Below, piece after piece: positions 28,906 to 40,400 of a DNA stretch of 64,000 nucleotides. Within the stretch, counting starts at the first letter, position 1, and each line of letters begins with the position of its first letter. The notes under the pieces are model-generated. The model was not told where the DNA came from and searched no databases. It was given only the letters and a program-made list of their open reading frames with translations. Location of the stretch: NCBI GenBank assembly GCA_002431945.1, contig DJET01000048.1, forward strand, positions 446-64,445, written 5' to 3'. This stretch comes from Ruminococcaceae bacterium UBA5891 (lineage in GTDB: Bacteria > Bacillota > Clostridia > Oscillospirales > Acutalibacteraceae). The position numbers and the translations under genes are program-made.

Positions 28906-31281
28906 CTACCACTCGATCAAATTCAATTCCTTACCCGCGGTATTAAAGGTTTTAATTTCATTATGCCCGATATCGGTTTCAACCGTTTTCCCGAAAACGG
29001 TAAATGAAACCGAGGAATCGATCCCGTCAGCCTCGTAAAAGCGTATAACGGTTTCATCGTTATCCTCTGCTTTTTTTATTGCCGTAATTATTACACTGTC
29101 CTCTTTTTTGCTGAAACAGCTGCCGTGTTCCGGCAATTTCCCGCCATGAAAGCCGCCCAAAACACCCCTGAGCCCGAAATCAAGCTCCTGTGCCCTTTCC
29201 TCAGCGGATCTATTGTCGGTAAAGGGGTATATCCAATAGGTAAAATCGTGTTCGCCCTGATCCATATATTCACAGAATTCATCGCGCACGCCTACATGGT
29301 CCGCATAAACCGCCCCGCGCAGCACAGTTAAACGCATTTCACCGTCAACAGCGTCATATCCGTATTTACCGTCATTGGCAACACAGAATATACCGTTTGA
29401 TATCCATGCCCCGCAAGGCTCCTCTCCCGAATTTTTATTTCTGATAACAGTTGAATAAGGTATTTCGGAAATTACCGAATCGCCGTCAGTCGGGAATGAA
29501 AGCTTAAACGATTTGTGCTTTTCGTGAAAATCCACACGGGCAGTTACCTTAACTGCGTCGCTTCCGCTTTCCAAACAATAATCGCGCCGCAGTACCGAGC
29601 TGTTAAAGGCTGCCGTAACACGCAGAACCGAGCGGACGTTACCGTTTTCAATTACGGTAAATTCAGGCTTTTCAAACATACCTGCGACTGCCCCAAGGCT
29701 ATCCTTCCAATGCGCCCATGTGTCGCATTCGGTTTCATCAAGCAAAACCGCCTTGCTTTCGCCTTTTAGGATAAATCTGCCGTTTTTCTTATCGTATATA
29801 CTGCATATGTCGCCTGTTTTTTCGCTGAATTCCACGCGTATAATGCTGTTTTCAAGAAAATTTATGCCAACCGAAGTATCGGGCGCAAAATTATTTTTCC
29901 CTTCCTCTTCAACAAAAATACGGTAAACCGCATAACCCAGCGGCTCTATATCAGCCATAAAAACAGTATGCCACTTATCCATCCAATCGTTTGTCTGATC
30001 TCCGCGAACGGCTTGGAATGGTATTGCATTGCCCTTGTAATCCTTAATTCCGGTAGCTTTAAAGCTGATATCGATCGGCATTTTCACACGCCACGTATGC
30101 GGATTAAACACCACAAAAGGCATACCGATCCCCTCGGCTTCCCAAATATGCCAATGCTTGATCGTACCGTCTTTATATGTTGTAAGCCTTTTACCATTAA
30201 GAGTATCTATATTATGAGCGATACTCATAATAGCTCCGGTAATTTCCTGCTCGGTAACACTCATGGTTTCACCGAAAAGATAACCGGCGTCATCATAGGC
30301 CTTTTTAACGGCGCAGCCCGCCAAAATATCATGAAACTGGTTAAACAGCAGGTTTTTCCAGCCCTTATTTAATTTCTGTCGGGGATATTTATAACCGGTC
30401 AGATAGCCCGCCATCGAGCATAGCTTTTCGGCGGCAAGCAAATTGTTTTCGCATTTGCAGTTTTGAGATTTTACAAAGGTCATAGCGCTGTAACACCCGC
30501 GGGCATGATGCTGAAGCTCGCCTGCAATTACCGGCAGCTTGGATTTATCTATACATTTAAAATATTCATCGGGCGTTGAATATATAAAATCATCCGATAT
30601 CAGCTTTTCAATCTCTGATAAAAGCTTTACGGTAGGACCTCCCCCGTGATTTCCCACGCCGTAAAACGCCATCATATCAATATTGTCGCGGCAGGAGATA
30701 TCTTTTATTTCATAAAGCTTATCAATTTTTTCCGCGTCAATATTATAATACATAGGTATTCGATAGGCGGGTATCTGCGTGCCGTCTGCGCTTTCCCAAA
30801 GAAAAACGTTTTCGTTTCTGCCCTGTTCCTTCGGAAACGGGCGCATAAACGTATAGCTGTTAATGCCGCTCTTTTTTAAAATTTGAGGTAATGCGGCGTT
30901 ATGCCCGAATGAATCCACATTGTAGCCCGCCGTAACGGCAACACCGAATTTTTCTTTAAAATATCTTTGCGAGATCAGTGCGTGCCTTGCATAGCTTTCA
31001 CCGCAAGGGATATTGCAGTCGGGCTGTAAAAACCAACCGCCCGCAATACACCATCTGCCCTGGTCTGCATAATGCCTGATTTCCGCAAGCATATCCGGAT
31101 CGATTTTTTCAATCCACTGATAGTAGACCGCTCCCGCACATGTAAATTTATAATTCGGAAACTCCTTCATTCGGTCAAGCGCGCTGCGAAAGGTTGAAAG
31201 GATTTCGGAAAGTCCCTCCTGCCAACGCCAAAGCCAAACAATATCCAAATGAGCATTTCCTATCAGATGTACCTTCGACAT
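28906..31281 (-). CDS. Glycoside hydrolase family 38 alpha-mannosidase
   Basis: N-terminal GH38 signature HLIGNAHLDIVWLWRWQEG. Start set at ATG 31281 (MSKVHL), after RBS GGAGA. No signal peptide. Confidence 0.85.
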   Translation of the reverse strand: MSKVHLIGNAHLDIVWLWRWQEGLSEILSTFRSALDRMKEFPNYKFTCAGAVYYQWIEKIDPDMLAEIRHYADQGRWCIAGGWFLQPDCNIPCGESYARHALISQRYFKEKFGVAVTAGYNVDSFGHNAALPQILKKSGINSYTFMRPFPKEQGRNENVFLWESADGTQIPAYRIPMYYNIDAEKIDKLYEIKDISCRDNIDMMAFYGVGNHGGGPTVKLLSEIEKLISDDFIYSTPDEYFKCIDKSKLPVIAGELQHHARGCYSAMTFVKSQNCKCENNLLAAEKLCSMAGYLTGYKYPRQKLNKGWKNLLFNQFHDILAGCAVKKAYDDAGYLFGETMSVTEQEITGAIMSIAHNIDTLNGKRLTTYKDGTIKHWHIWEAEGIGMPFVVFNPHTWRVKMPIDISFKATGIKDYKGNAIPFQAVRGDQTNDWMDKWHTVFMADIEPLGYAVYRIFVEEEGKNNFAPDTSVGINFLENSIIRVEFSEKTGDICSIYDKKNGRFILKGESKAVLLDETECDTWAHWKDSLGAVAGMFEKPEFTVIENGNVRSVLRVTAAFNSSVLRRDYCLESGSDAVKVTARVDFHEKHKSFKLSFPTDGDSVISEIPYSTVIRNKNSGEEPCGAWISNGIFCVANDGKYGYDAVDGEMRLTVLRGAVYADHVGVRDEFCEYMDQGEHDFTYWIYPFTDNRSAEERAQELDFGLRGVLGGFHGGKLPEHGSCFSKKEDSVIITAIKKAEDNDETVIRFYEADGIDSSVSFTVFGKTVETDIGHNEIKTFNTAGKELNLIEW

Positions 31282-31455
31282 ATTTATCTCCGAATATTTA
31301 TTTACGAAAAGCATTTGACCAATATTGCTTTTGTTTATATGTCAATTTTAATTCCCTGCAAAAAAATATTCAATATGAAATAAAACCATTATATGGACAA
31401 AAAGCCAAGTACCTGCCGGCATATCAAGCGGCTTTACCAGATTTCAAAGCTGCCG

Positions 31456-33624
31456 TCAACAGTTTTCATCTAAAACGGCATTCATTTTTTTAGGAGCGTC
31501 AGCCGGTTTTTCGGGAAGGCGGTACAGCAATACATATTTTGAAGAATAATCGCCTGCCTCCAGAATTATATGAAGCGTATCCGCGTCATTAACAAACGGC
31601 AGCTCAAACCTTACGGTAGGACCGACTGCGTTTTTGCAAACGGGCACATTTGAATATTCCCACCGCAAAAGCTTGATTTTTTCATCATCACCTATTTGTA
31701 TATAAATATCAACAATTCCGTCGGGAAGCTTGTCAAGAGAATCGTTAAGCAGGTAAACATCGAAATCAATTGTTTCCCCCGCATAGTAAACAAATTTTCT
31801 GTACCGTGCGCTGGCAAGTACGCTTCTGCAAGCCCTTGCAACAGCATAATACGCCGGTTTTGTATTATCGGGATAGCATATAAGGCTGTTATTTCCGGTA
31901 TTCGGCCATGGTTCGTTGAAGCACCAGTTCGAAACTATTGAGCAATACGGTTTTTGTCTTCTTGCCTCTTCAAAAATAAACTGCTGAACTACATTCTGCA
32001 TTAACTGACCGCATTCTATAAGCTTATCAAAATCGGTGATTTTCCCGAAATACCGCTCTGTTTCAAGGCTTAAAGCGTGAGTTCCGTGTGCAACGGCAAT
32101 TTCATTTTCAAGATTTAAAGGCTTCAGCTCTGAAATATCCGCTATTTGCAAAAGTGTTTCTTTTGTTGAAAAGCCTCCGCCGCCGAATTCGGTATAACCC
32201 GTATTGCGGCTCTTCTGCAGCGCCTCTATAACCTCCCCGCCGTCAGACATATTAAAATTGTACGGTCCGTGCGCCATTCCCATTACCGGAGAGGTAGGCA
32301 AAAACGGTATTTCGGGCGTTTTTTCAAACGTCAGCTTATCCATAAGTCTGATGGCCTTATCCTGATCGGTCATACACGACCAGTTATTAAACAGCTCGTT
32401 TCCGCCGCACCAAAGCATAAGGCAAACGTGTTCCTTAATACGCTCAATAATGGCTTCCGCCTCTTTTTTCAAAACCGAAATATAAGCCTCGGTGCCCTCG
32501 TAACGGTTACAGGCAAGCGGAAATTCCTGCCATACCAGAATTCCCAGCTCATCGCAGATTTCAAAAAAGCTGTCCTTATTTATAACAGCTCCGCCCCAGC
32601 AGCGCAAAAAATTCAAATGTGCTTTTTTAACAAGCAAAAGCTGTTTGCGGTAACGGTCGTAATTCAGCCTGCCGTAAAAAATTTCCGGACACACCCAGTT
32701 CGAGCCTTTGGCAAAAATCACCGTATTATTAAGCCTTACGGTTATAGGCGGCGTGTTACGCGTCATAGGGTAATTTAATCCCTCTCCCCACGAGCCCGCC
32801 GCCTTAACAAGCTCAATGCGTTTTATTCCCACCCTGCGTGTTACCGAAATATCGCCCGATACAGCCGTATAAGAATACAGCGGCTGATCTCCGTAGCCGT
32901 TACACCACCAAAGCAGCGGGTTCTTAAGCGTAAAGCCGCATTTCTCACCGCAGCCGCTGAATAAAATCTCTCCGTCGGGCGCTCTGAATTCCCATAACGT
33001 ATCGGGTTGACCTGCCGAAGCAAGCCTGATTTCGGCAATTTTCAGATCCTTTGAAAGCTCATAGTCGCATTTAGGCTCCGGAACGCTGTTACAGGTTGTT
33101 TCCAAAATAAAAATGTCTTCCCAAATACCAAGCGGAACAAGCCGAGGGTGAAAATCCCAGCCGTAGCTTACCGCCGGCTTGCAGCATTGATTTGCTTCGT
33201 CGCGGGTATCCTTATGAACACCCGGAAGCGTACTTTTCGGAACCGGCATAATAATTATTTTCAGTTTGATCCTCCCGCCGGAAAAGCGTGTCAGATCAAG
33301 CCTTTGAATTTTATACATTCCCTCGTATTTGCAAAGCCTTTCACCGTTAGCATATATTTCATAGCTGTAATCAATTCCGTTTACAACCAAAAACAGCTTA
33401 TTACCTTGCGAACAAGCGGCGTCGTATTCCGTAGTATATACCCAGTACAGATCCTCTAACGGTCTGTATTTTTTAAAATTCAGACCCCTGTTATAATCAG
33501 GCAGTCCGTACTCCCTTGCATAATCCAATTGAACCGCTCCGGGAACGGCGGCGTTAAAGAATTTTTCCGGTTCCTCGCCGTACCTGCTGCAAAATCCGAC
33601 CTTCCAATCAAGTAAATGCTTCAT
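31456..33624 (-). CDS. Glycoside hydrolase family 2, beta-mannosidase-like
   Basis: 722-aa ORF. NFLRCWGGAVINKDSFFEICDELGILVWQEFPLACN and WCGGNE match the conserved catalytic-barrel segments of GH2 beta-mannosidases. There is a 17-nt overlap with the upstream GH38 gene. Confidence 0.75.
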   Translation of the reverse strand: MKHLLDWKVGFCSRYGEEPEKFFNAAVPGAVQLDYAREYGLPDYNRGLNFKKYRPLEDLYWVYTTEYDAACSQGNKLFLVVNGIDYSYEIYANGERLCKYEGMYKIQRLDLTRFSGGRIKLKIIIMPVPKSTLPGVHKDTRDEANQCCKPAVSYGWDFHPRLVPLGIWEDIFILETTCNSVPEPKCDYELSKDLKIAEIRLASAGQPDTLWEFRAPDGEILFSGCGEKCGFTLKNPLLWWCNGYGDQPLYSYTAVSGDISVTRRVGIKRIELVKAAGSWGEGLNYPMTRNTPPITVRLNNTVIFAKGSNWVCPEIFYGRLNYDRYRKQLLLVKKAHLNFLRCWGGAVINKDSFFEICDELGILVWQEFPLACNRYEGTEAYISVLKKEAEAIIERIKEHVCLMLWCGGNELFNNWSCMTDQDKAIRLMDKLTFEKTPEIPFLPTSPVMGMAHGPYNFNMSDGGEVIEALQKSRNTGYTEFGGGGFSTKETLLQIADISELKPLNLENEIAVAHGTHALSLETERYFGKITDFDKLIECGQLMQNVVQQFIFEEARRQKPYCSIVSNWCFNEPWPNTGNNSLICYPDNTKPAYYAVARACRSVLASARYRKFVYYAGETIDFDVYLLNDSLDKLPDGIVDIYIQIGDDEKIKLLRWEYSNVPVCKNAVGPTVRFELPFVNDADTLHIILEAGDYSSKYVLLYRLPEKPADAPKKMNAVLDENC

Positions 33625-36226
33625 ATTTATTCTCCGTTTTATATTTTTTAATCAGACAAAGCCTGAATGTAACTATCTTTTTTGCCGAAACCGTATAGCT
33701 TACAGCTCCGTTTACTAATAAATTATCGGATATTTCCTTCTCGTCAATGCGCGTCAGACGCACCGAGCTTACATTTTTGTTAAAAGAAACGGTAATGCGT
33801 TCATCAGCTTCGGTGGGGTTATATATACGCAGTATTGCACCGTTGCCGTCTTCCGCAGATTTATAGGCCGATATTTCGCATCTGTCCGATTCAATTTTAA
33901 CAGCAGTAAATTCCGGCGCTAAGCTTCCGCGCTGTATCTTAAGCTGTTCTGCGTAAAGCGGCGGCATTGAAAAATTCCTGCCGCTTCGGTAAGCCGCGTA
34001 TTTTGTTTTACCCGAATACGGCACTGCGGCGTATTCAAACGTATGGCTGCCTATGCACTGCCCGCCGGGGGTGGGAAAGCTTCCCCAATCGCCTATTTGA
34101 CCGATAGAGCGAAGAAGCGTCAGCGCCATTGTGCGGCTTTCATCACGCATAATTTCATATTCACAAAGACCGCGCGCCGCAACAAGAAGACCGTATTCTC
34201 CGTTTTCGGCAGCAAAAAATTCATGCATACGCTGAGTATTTTCGGGATTTTCCCAAAGCTTACCCGGTAATAGGCTGCGCTTTGTTATATCAAACTGACC
34301 GCTTGAAAGAGAAAAATCCGTATTGATCTGCGACGGAAACAACACACGCAAACGATGATTTTTACATTTATTATCAAAGTTCGCGGTAATATCCAGTCTG
34401 TCTACCCCGTCTGTAATCGTAATCAGACTTTCAATCGGATAAAGCGTACCTTCAATTTCAATTTGTGAGTTGATTTTAAAGACTGCGGAAAAGCTGTTTT
34501 TCTTTATAAGCGACCACCGTGCCGGATTATCCCTTGAATATGTTCGGGTTGAATTACTTTTTTCTCTGAAATCATACAGATCCCCGTTATCCTCTGCATT
34601 TTCAAATGTATTCAGCCCGTAATACTGCCTGCCAGTTCGCTTATCGGTTAGTGTAACAGAGCCGTCGCGGCATATTCGGAAGGCTATAATTTCATTTTCT
34701 GCACCGTTTTCTCTTACTGTCAGCCTGTTTTCCGAGCCGGAGGCATATGCTTGTGACCTCGGCATATATGCCTCTGTATGAATTTCAAAGCATTTCCAAC
34801 CTATTCCGTGCGCTTTCACAACAAATTCGGCTTTAAATCTATGAACGTATTTAGGTACGCGAAAGCTGTTTTCCGGCAATTCATATGTAAATTCTTTTCC
34901 TATATATTCTATATCCGCCGAAACAACAACGCCGTCTGCGTCGGTAATAAAAACATTGTCGGGCTTTTCACCCTCAAAATCAATAAAGGTTTCTATCCTT
35001 TCCGCCGTTTCAAACGGCGAAAAACAAAATATTGCCAAGCCGTGCCTGCCGGCAAATTTAATATTTTTCACAATGCTTTTTGCCGCGTCTGCCGCAACAG
35101 CCGAGGATACCTGAACAGACTTTTTAAAACGAATTTTCATTTCCTCCGCAACTGCGTCGTCACTGCATGCGCATATCGAATCATGCGGATGATTCTGCAT
35201 AAGCTTTTTCCATGAATAGTATAGCTGATCGCCGTAGCCCTTACCTCCGCAGAGTACCCACAGCGCATTAAGCGGTTCCGCAATTCTTTCAAGTATATAC
35301 TGCGCCTTATGGTTCAGCTGCTTTAGAGGAATATGTGAAGACGCAGTGCCCACCAGCCGACAATTCCCTTTGGTATTTTGCGAGCATAGCTCTCCTATCA
35401 CGGTTTGAAAATTATTTTTATAATCGTCAAGCTTAGGCAGGTAATCCTTAAAATCACTTATTATGAATCTGATATCAGACCTCATAGCCTGCGCCTTTTT
35501 AAGGATTTCCGGCAGATCGGTCTGTACGGGCTGATGATCGCAGCCGTTCATACCGAGAATAAACGGCGTAGACGAAGAGCTTTCCGCAGCCGCTATTAAA
35601 TCATCGATTTTTTTTGAAAGCAATTCCGTATTTTCGGGAAGCTGCATTGCATTGTTGTACCAATGAGAAAACATAACTCCTATAACGCTGCTGCCGTCCG
35701 GAGAGCTCCATATAATCTCAGACGGGTTGATTCGCTCCGGATTTACGGTGTTATTGTACTGAACTTCATTTATTCCGCGCCCGAATGCGGCATATCTTAT
35801 TCCGAAGCCCGAAAGAATTTGCGGCATCTGACCTATATTTCCGAACGCGTCCGGAAAGTAGCCGAGCAATAATGGCTCCGCCCCTATGCCGCAGCACATT
35901 TTCAGCCCGTAAAGCAAATTTCTGACATTGGCTTCGCCGCTTGTTAAAAATTCGTCCTGCAAAACGTAAAACGGACCTATTTGTATTCGGTCTGATTTTA
36001 TCAGCCTTAAAAGCCGCTCCCTCATTTGCGGTCTTATTTCAAGATAGTCGTCAATTATTATATATTGACCGTCTAAATGAAAGTGCAGAAAATCCGGCTT
36101 GTTTTCAAGCGTTTCAATAAGCTGATCCATAAAACGCACCAAATAAAAGCGATGCTCCTCAAAGCTCATATACCATTCTCTGTCCCAATGGGTATGTGCA
36201 ATAATATGTAATTCGGTAGCCTTCAT
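33608..36226 (-). CDS. Glycoside hydrolase family 38 alpha-mannosidase (mannosylglycerate-hydrolase-like subgroup)
   Basis: 872-aa ORF starting with the GH38 motif IIAHTHWDREWY. Cytoplasmic. Confidence 0.85.
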   Translation of the reverse strand: MKATELHIIAHTHWDREWYMSFEEHRFYLVRFMDQLIETLENKPDFLHFHLDGQYIIIDDYLEIRPQMRERLLRLIKSDRIQIGPFYVLQDEFLTSGEANVRNLLYGLKMCCGIGAEPLLLGYFPDAFGNIGQMPQILSGFGIRYAAFGRGINEVQYNNTVNPERINPSEIIWSSPDGSSVIGVMFSHWYNNAMQLPENTELLSKKIDDLIAAAESSSSTPFILGMNGCDHQPVQTDLPEILKKAQAMRSDIRFIISDFKDYLPKLDDYKNNFQTVIGELCSQNTKGNCRLVGTASSHIPLKQLNHKAQYILERIAEPLNALWVLCGGKGYGDQLYYSWKKLMQNHPHDSICACSDDAVAEEMKIRFKKSVQVSSAVAADAAKSIVKNIKFAGRHGLAIFCFSPFETAERIETFIDFEGEKPDNVFITDADGVVVSADIEYIGKEFTYELPENSFRVPKYVHRFKAEFVVKAHGIGWKCFEIHTEAYMPRSQAYASGSENRLTVRENGAENEIIAFRICRDGSVTLTDKRTGRQYYGLNTFENAEDNGDLYDFREKSNSTRTYSRDNPARWSLIKKNSFSAVFKINSQIEIEGTLYPIESLITITDGVDRLDITANFDNKCKNHRLRVLFPSQINTDFSLSSGQFDITKRSLLPGKLWENPENTQRMHEFFAAENGEYGLLVAARGLCEYEIMRDESRTMALTLLRSIGQIGDWGSFPTPGGQCIGSHTFEYAAVPYSGKTKYAAYRSGRNFSMPPLYAEQLKIQRGSLAPEFTAVKIESDRCEISAYKSAEDGNGAILRIYNPTEADERITVSFNKNVSSVRLTRIDEKEISDNLLVNGAVSYTVSAKKIVTFRLCLIKKYKTENKYEAFT

Positions 36227-36575
36227 TTTCCCCTCCGTATTTACTTACAAAACTGCCGGACGCCGACCTTGTAAATTATGTTATTACCCATTTTACATAA
36301 AAACCGATTTTCTTATCCGTAATATCAAATTAAAGCAGCGCAAAACGGGAAATATCACATTACTAATATTATAACATTCGATTTTTATTGTAAATATGAA
36401 ATAATCGCATATTATGGACAATACTATAACATTTCCGTTAAAATTTTCCTTACCGGCTTTTAAGCACCTAAAGCTTATAAAGGCTTTTTATGCAGAATTT
36501 GTAAATTACCGGTGGAAATTTACGCCGAACAATGATATAATTAAATTACAAATTTTCAAAAAAGGATGACTGCAT

Positions 36576-37388
36576 ATGAATATTACATCCAATAAAATTG
36601 ATTTCAACACAAAAAAGGGCTTTATTTGCGATATGGACGGCGTGATATACCACGGAAATAAGATCCTGCCGGGCGTGGCGGAGTTTATTCAGTGGCTGCA
36701 CGATGAAAATAAGGAATACCTGTTTTTAACAAATAACAGCGGATATACTCCGAGAGAACTGAATCAAAAGCTTGCCCGAATGGGACTGGACGTACCCGAA
36801 GAGCATTTTTACACAAGCGCTTTGGCAACGGCGGCGTTTTTAAAGGAGCAGGCGCCCGGCTGCTCTGTTTTCGCAATCGGCGAAGCCGGACTTTTAAATG
36901 CACTTTACGACGCAGGTATCACGATGAACGACGTAAATCCGGATTACGTCGTTGTGGGCGAAGGTCGGTCCTATTCCCTTGATACGCTTACAAAGGCAAC
37001 CAATCTGGTTATGGCGGGAGCAAAGCTTATAGGAGCCAACTCCGATGTTTCGGGACCTATTGAAAACGGTATTGCCCCTGCCTGCCGCGCGCTGATTGCC
37101 CCGATAGAAATGGCAACCGGAAAGCAGGCGTATTTTTGCGGAAAGCCTAATCCGCTGATGATGCGCACCGGTCTGCGAATGCTCAACTGCCACTCGGCTG
37201 AGGCTGTGATGGTAGGCGACCGTATGGATACCGATGTTATTTCAGGTATGGAAAGCGGTATGTCTACGGTTTTGGTACTCTCCGGAGTATCTACCCGCGA
37301 AACGCTTAAAACCTATGCCTTCCGTCCGAGCATTGTCCTGAACGGCGTCGGCGATATTCCGACCTTGGCAGCGAAAAACAAGAAATAA
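36576..37388 (+). CDS. HAD-IIA family sugar-phosphate phosphatase (NagD-like)
   Basis: 270-aa ORF. HAD motif I FICDMDGVIYHG, the motif LTNNS, and motif IV MVGDRMDTDV. Confidence 0.8.
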   Translation: MNITSNKIDFNTKKGFICDMDGVIYHGNKILPGVAEFIQWLHDENKEYLFLTNNSGYTPRELNQKLARMGLDVPEEHFYTSALATAAFLKEQAPGCSVFAIGEAGLLNALYDAGITMNDVNPDYVVVGEGRSYSLDTLTKATNLVMAGAKLIGANSDVSGPIENGIAPACRALIAPIEMATGKQAYFCGKPNPLMMRTGLRMLNCHSAEAVMVGDRMDTDVISGMESGMSTVLVLSGVSTRETLKTYAFRPSIVLNGVGDIPTLAAKNKK

Positions 37389-37409
37389 TTTACTGCGTAT
37401 ACATAACTA

Positions 37410-37473
37410 AAAAATCCGAATCGGGTTAAGGCTGATTTTAAGTACATTTAAGCCTTACCTGATTCGGATTTTT
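37410..37473. terminator. Bidirectional intrinsic terminator
   Basis: Long near-perfect hairpin, AAAAATCCGAATCGGGTTAAGGCT ... AGCCTTACCTGATTCGGATTTTT, between convergent genes. Confidence 0.8.
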
Positions 37474-37481
37474 AATTACTG

Positions 37482-40400
37482 TCAGCTTTTGTAGGATATT
37501 TCGCCTGCTTCGCCGGTCGGAGGTATTTTAAAGCTTGCCATAGCCTGCCAATAATTGCTGTTTAATACGGTAGGAACAGCGGTGCCGGTATGGTCGGAGT
37601 TATTATACACCACCTTGTAGGCGTAAAGGAAATCATTGGTTATATCCCTGTCGTCGTCGCACAAAAAAACATCGAGCTGAATATCAGAGTTTGATTTATT
37701 CGTGACGGTAATAATATACACGCCGTTTGCATAATCGGAGCTGTAATCGGGGTCATTCGAATCCATTTTCTTAAAGGACAGATTGACCGAAAAATTGTTC
37801 TGATTTGTTCCCTGCGGCGCCGTTGTTGAGAAAAGCAAAACCGAATAATTGTTTTCCCCAAGCCTTGCCGGAGCGGTGCGGTACTCGGTTTTAAAGGCGT
37901 TGGTTACGGCATTGCCCTCAGAGCTGATAACCTTTTTTATCGCTTCACCGCCGTTTGCGGCAATGTCAAGATAAATAAGGTATGCGCCGGTTTTACCGCT
38001 TACCGAGCCGAGGCAGTATTCGCCCTTGTTGCAGGGTATTTCAAAATAATATATGTTATTACCTTTGCGGTTGAATCCGGGATTTTTTATCCATTCGGTT
38101 TTAAAGACAGATTTATAATCCGAAATATCGACATCGGCAGAATATGTGTTGTCTTTAAACTTGTATACATAAGAGACTGCTGAGCCCTTTTCCTTATGCT
38201 CATATATTTCTTCAATTTCCTTAATGTCGGTTATTTTATTGTTTTCATCTCTGAAAACCTGATGAAGTGAGAAGAATGAGTTGTTGCCTGTAAAATAATC
38301 GCCCGCAAAAAAGTTAATTGAGCCTCTTTCAATAACATTAAAGTCAATGCTGTCCATCGGCATTTCGTAATTATCGTATTCCTTGCCTAAAACAACCGCT
38401 TTTTCGGCAGTTACAAGATAATCCTTGGAAATTTTAGCGTCCATAAAGTGCAGCCCGTAAACAGAAGTGGAACCATCAAGCGTATCAAGCAGCTGTTTTG
38501 ACGCCGTTTGGTAAGCCGGAGAATTTGCGGTGTATGAATGTTTTCCGTTTCCGTCAACCGTATAAATAGTTTTGAAAGCTTCGGGATCTTCAGTATCATA
38601 AGAACCGCTTACAGAGCTTATCGAGAAGTATGAAATACGTATATCTCCGTATGCTTTCTGACCATCATCTGTGGCTGTTGAATCCTCCAAGCGTGCGCCG
38701 CTTATAATATATCCCGTGTTTTTTTGCGAAACCTTAAAAGGATCCGCAGCGTCGTACCAACCGTTTTCATTTTCGTCTGCAATTCTAAGCGGGAAGTAAG
38801 ACTGATATCCGCCGATAACATTTGTCTTTGTTTCTTTTGTAATTCTTTTTTGAGTGGTCTTTTCAAAATCAAGGCTGTAATCAACCGTAATGGGATTTGA
38901 AATATTAACATTCGGTGAAGGAACGACCTTTTCCTGCACTGCAATTTCCGGAAGATTATCCGAACGGGCTTCTGCCGCAACGTGTTCAAAAATCGGTGTA
39001 AAAGTAAGCGTAGTCCCCGTTGTGTTTAAATCCTTCCACGAATTGTTTGTTGTGATATAAAAATTAGCGTTCTGACCCCAGCCACTATTTTTATTAACGT
39101 AAAGTTTATTGCCGTTATTTAACCAGTTTTCACCTGAATTATTACTGGTATTTAATGTATAAGAATAGCTGCCATACCAATTCCTGCTTCGGCTGACGCT
39201 AAGGTATTTTGTGGTTCCGTTTATTACGGTTGAGATAGTCCCGGAATAGGTGCTTGGATTTGAAAACGTCCATTTTGCGGCATTTGCTTGATTTGTTTCA
39301 TTTATTATGTTGCCGCTCGAATCGATACTCAAATAATTGTTACCGGAAGAAATTGTATACTTGGGGAGTGAAATCTTCCAACCGCCGTCATAAACAAGAT
39401 AATAATCGGTATTGTCCGCTCTTAAACATCCGTCGGCGGTAAAGGACCAATTTGTTGCGGTGTCAGCAAAAGAGCCGTTGCTCACCCCTAAATAATACTG
39501 AGAATTGTTAAAATTATAAGTGATGTTACCGGAATCGGAGTTTGAAAAATAAAAACGGGTTGCATTATCTGCCGTGGCATTTGAAAAGCTGTTGTTGCCG
39601 TCGGCCTTAAGGTAATTTCCGTTGCCGTCGGTTATAAGCTTATATTCAAGTGTAACCGCTTCCCAACCGTTATTATAACGGATATAATAATCCCTGCCGT
39701 TATTGGTATAATAGTATGAATTGCCGTCTTTTTTCCAGTTAAACGGGGTTTCGCTTACGGTAAGTCCGGAGTTAAAGCTTATATAATACGGTACGGAATT
39801 TATAAATGTATAAAACCTTATGCCGTTTGCGTCCTCTTCGGTCTGCCAAACAAGAGCGGTGTTCTCTGCGGCATTTTTAATGCTTTTTGTATCGGCAGAA
39901 AGGTAATTGTTATTGCCGTCGGTAATCAGCTTACCGATACAGGCGGCTTTCCAGCCGTTATCGTAAACCAGCCTGTATTTAACGCTCACATTGCCGAATG
40001 TGAGGGTTCTTGTAAAATATCCGTCGCTTTCAAGCGTCCATAAAATATCTTCGTCTTTTGTCGACTCGGTCAGCGCAAGACTGCCGTTTACGGTAAGATA
40101 ACAGCTCTTATCACCGATTTCGGTGCGAAATTTATACTTATCACCCGAAACGGTCACCTGCCATTTAACCGAACTGCTTTCGGAGCGCGCGTTTGCAATC
40201 TCGGCACCGCCCGTACCGTTTGTTGCCGAAAGGAAATTACCGTTGCCGTCTGAAATATAGCAGTATTGCGTAAAGGACGATATTCCCCATTCGGCGGAGC
40301 AGTTAAGATAATAGTCGATTCCGTTCACGGTTGTATAAAGCGCGTCTTGTTCATTGCGAATCCAAACCGTGCTTGCAGACTGCGATACCGTAACGCCGGA

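Noticed and set aside
31194-31493. 99-aa plus-strand ORF spanning the GH38/GH2 intergenic gap.
   Set aside because: It overlaps the 5' end of one well-supported minus-strand gene and the 3' end of another. It has no RBS and no recognisable motifs.
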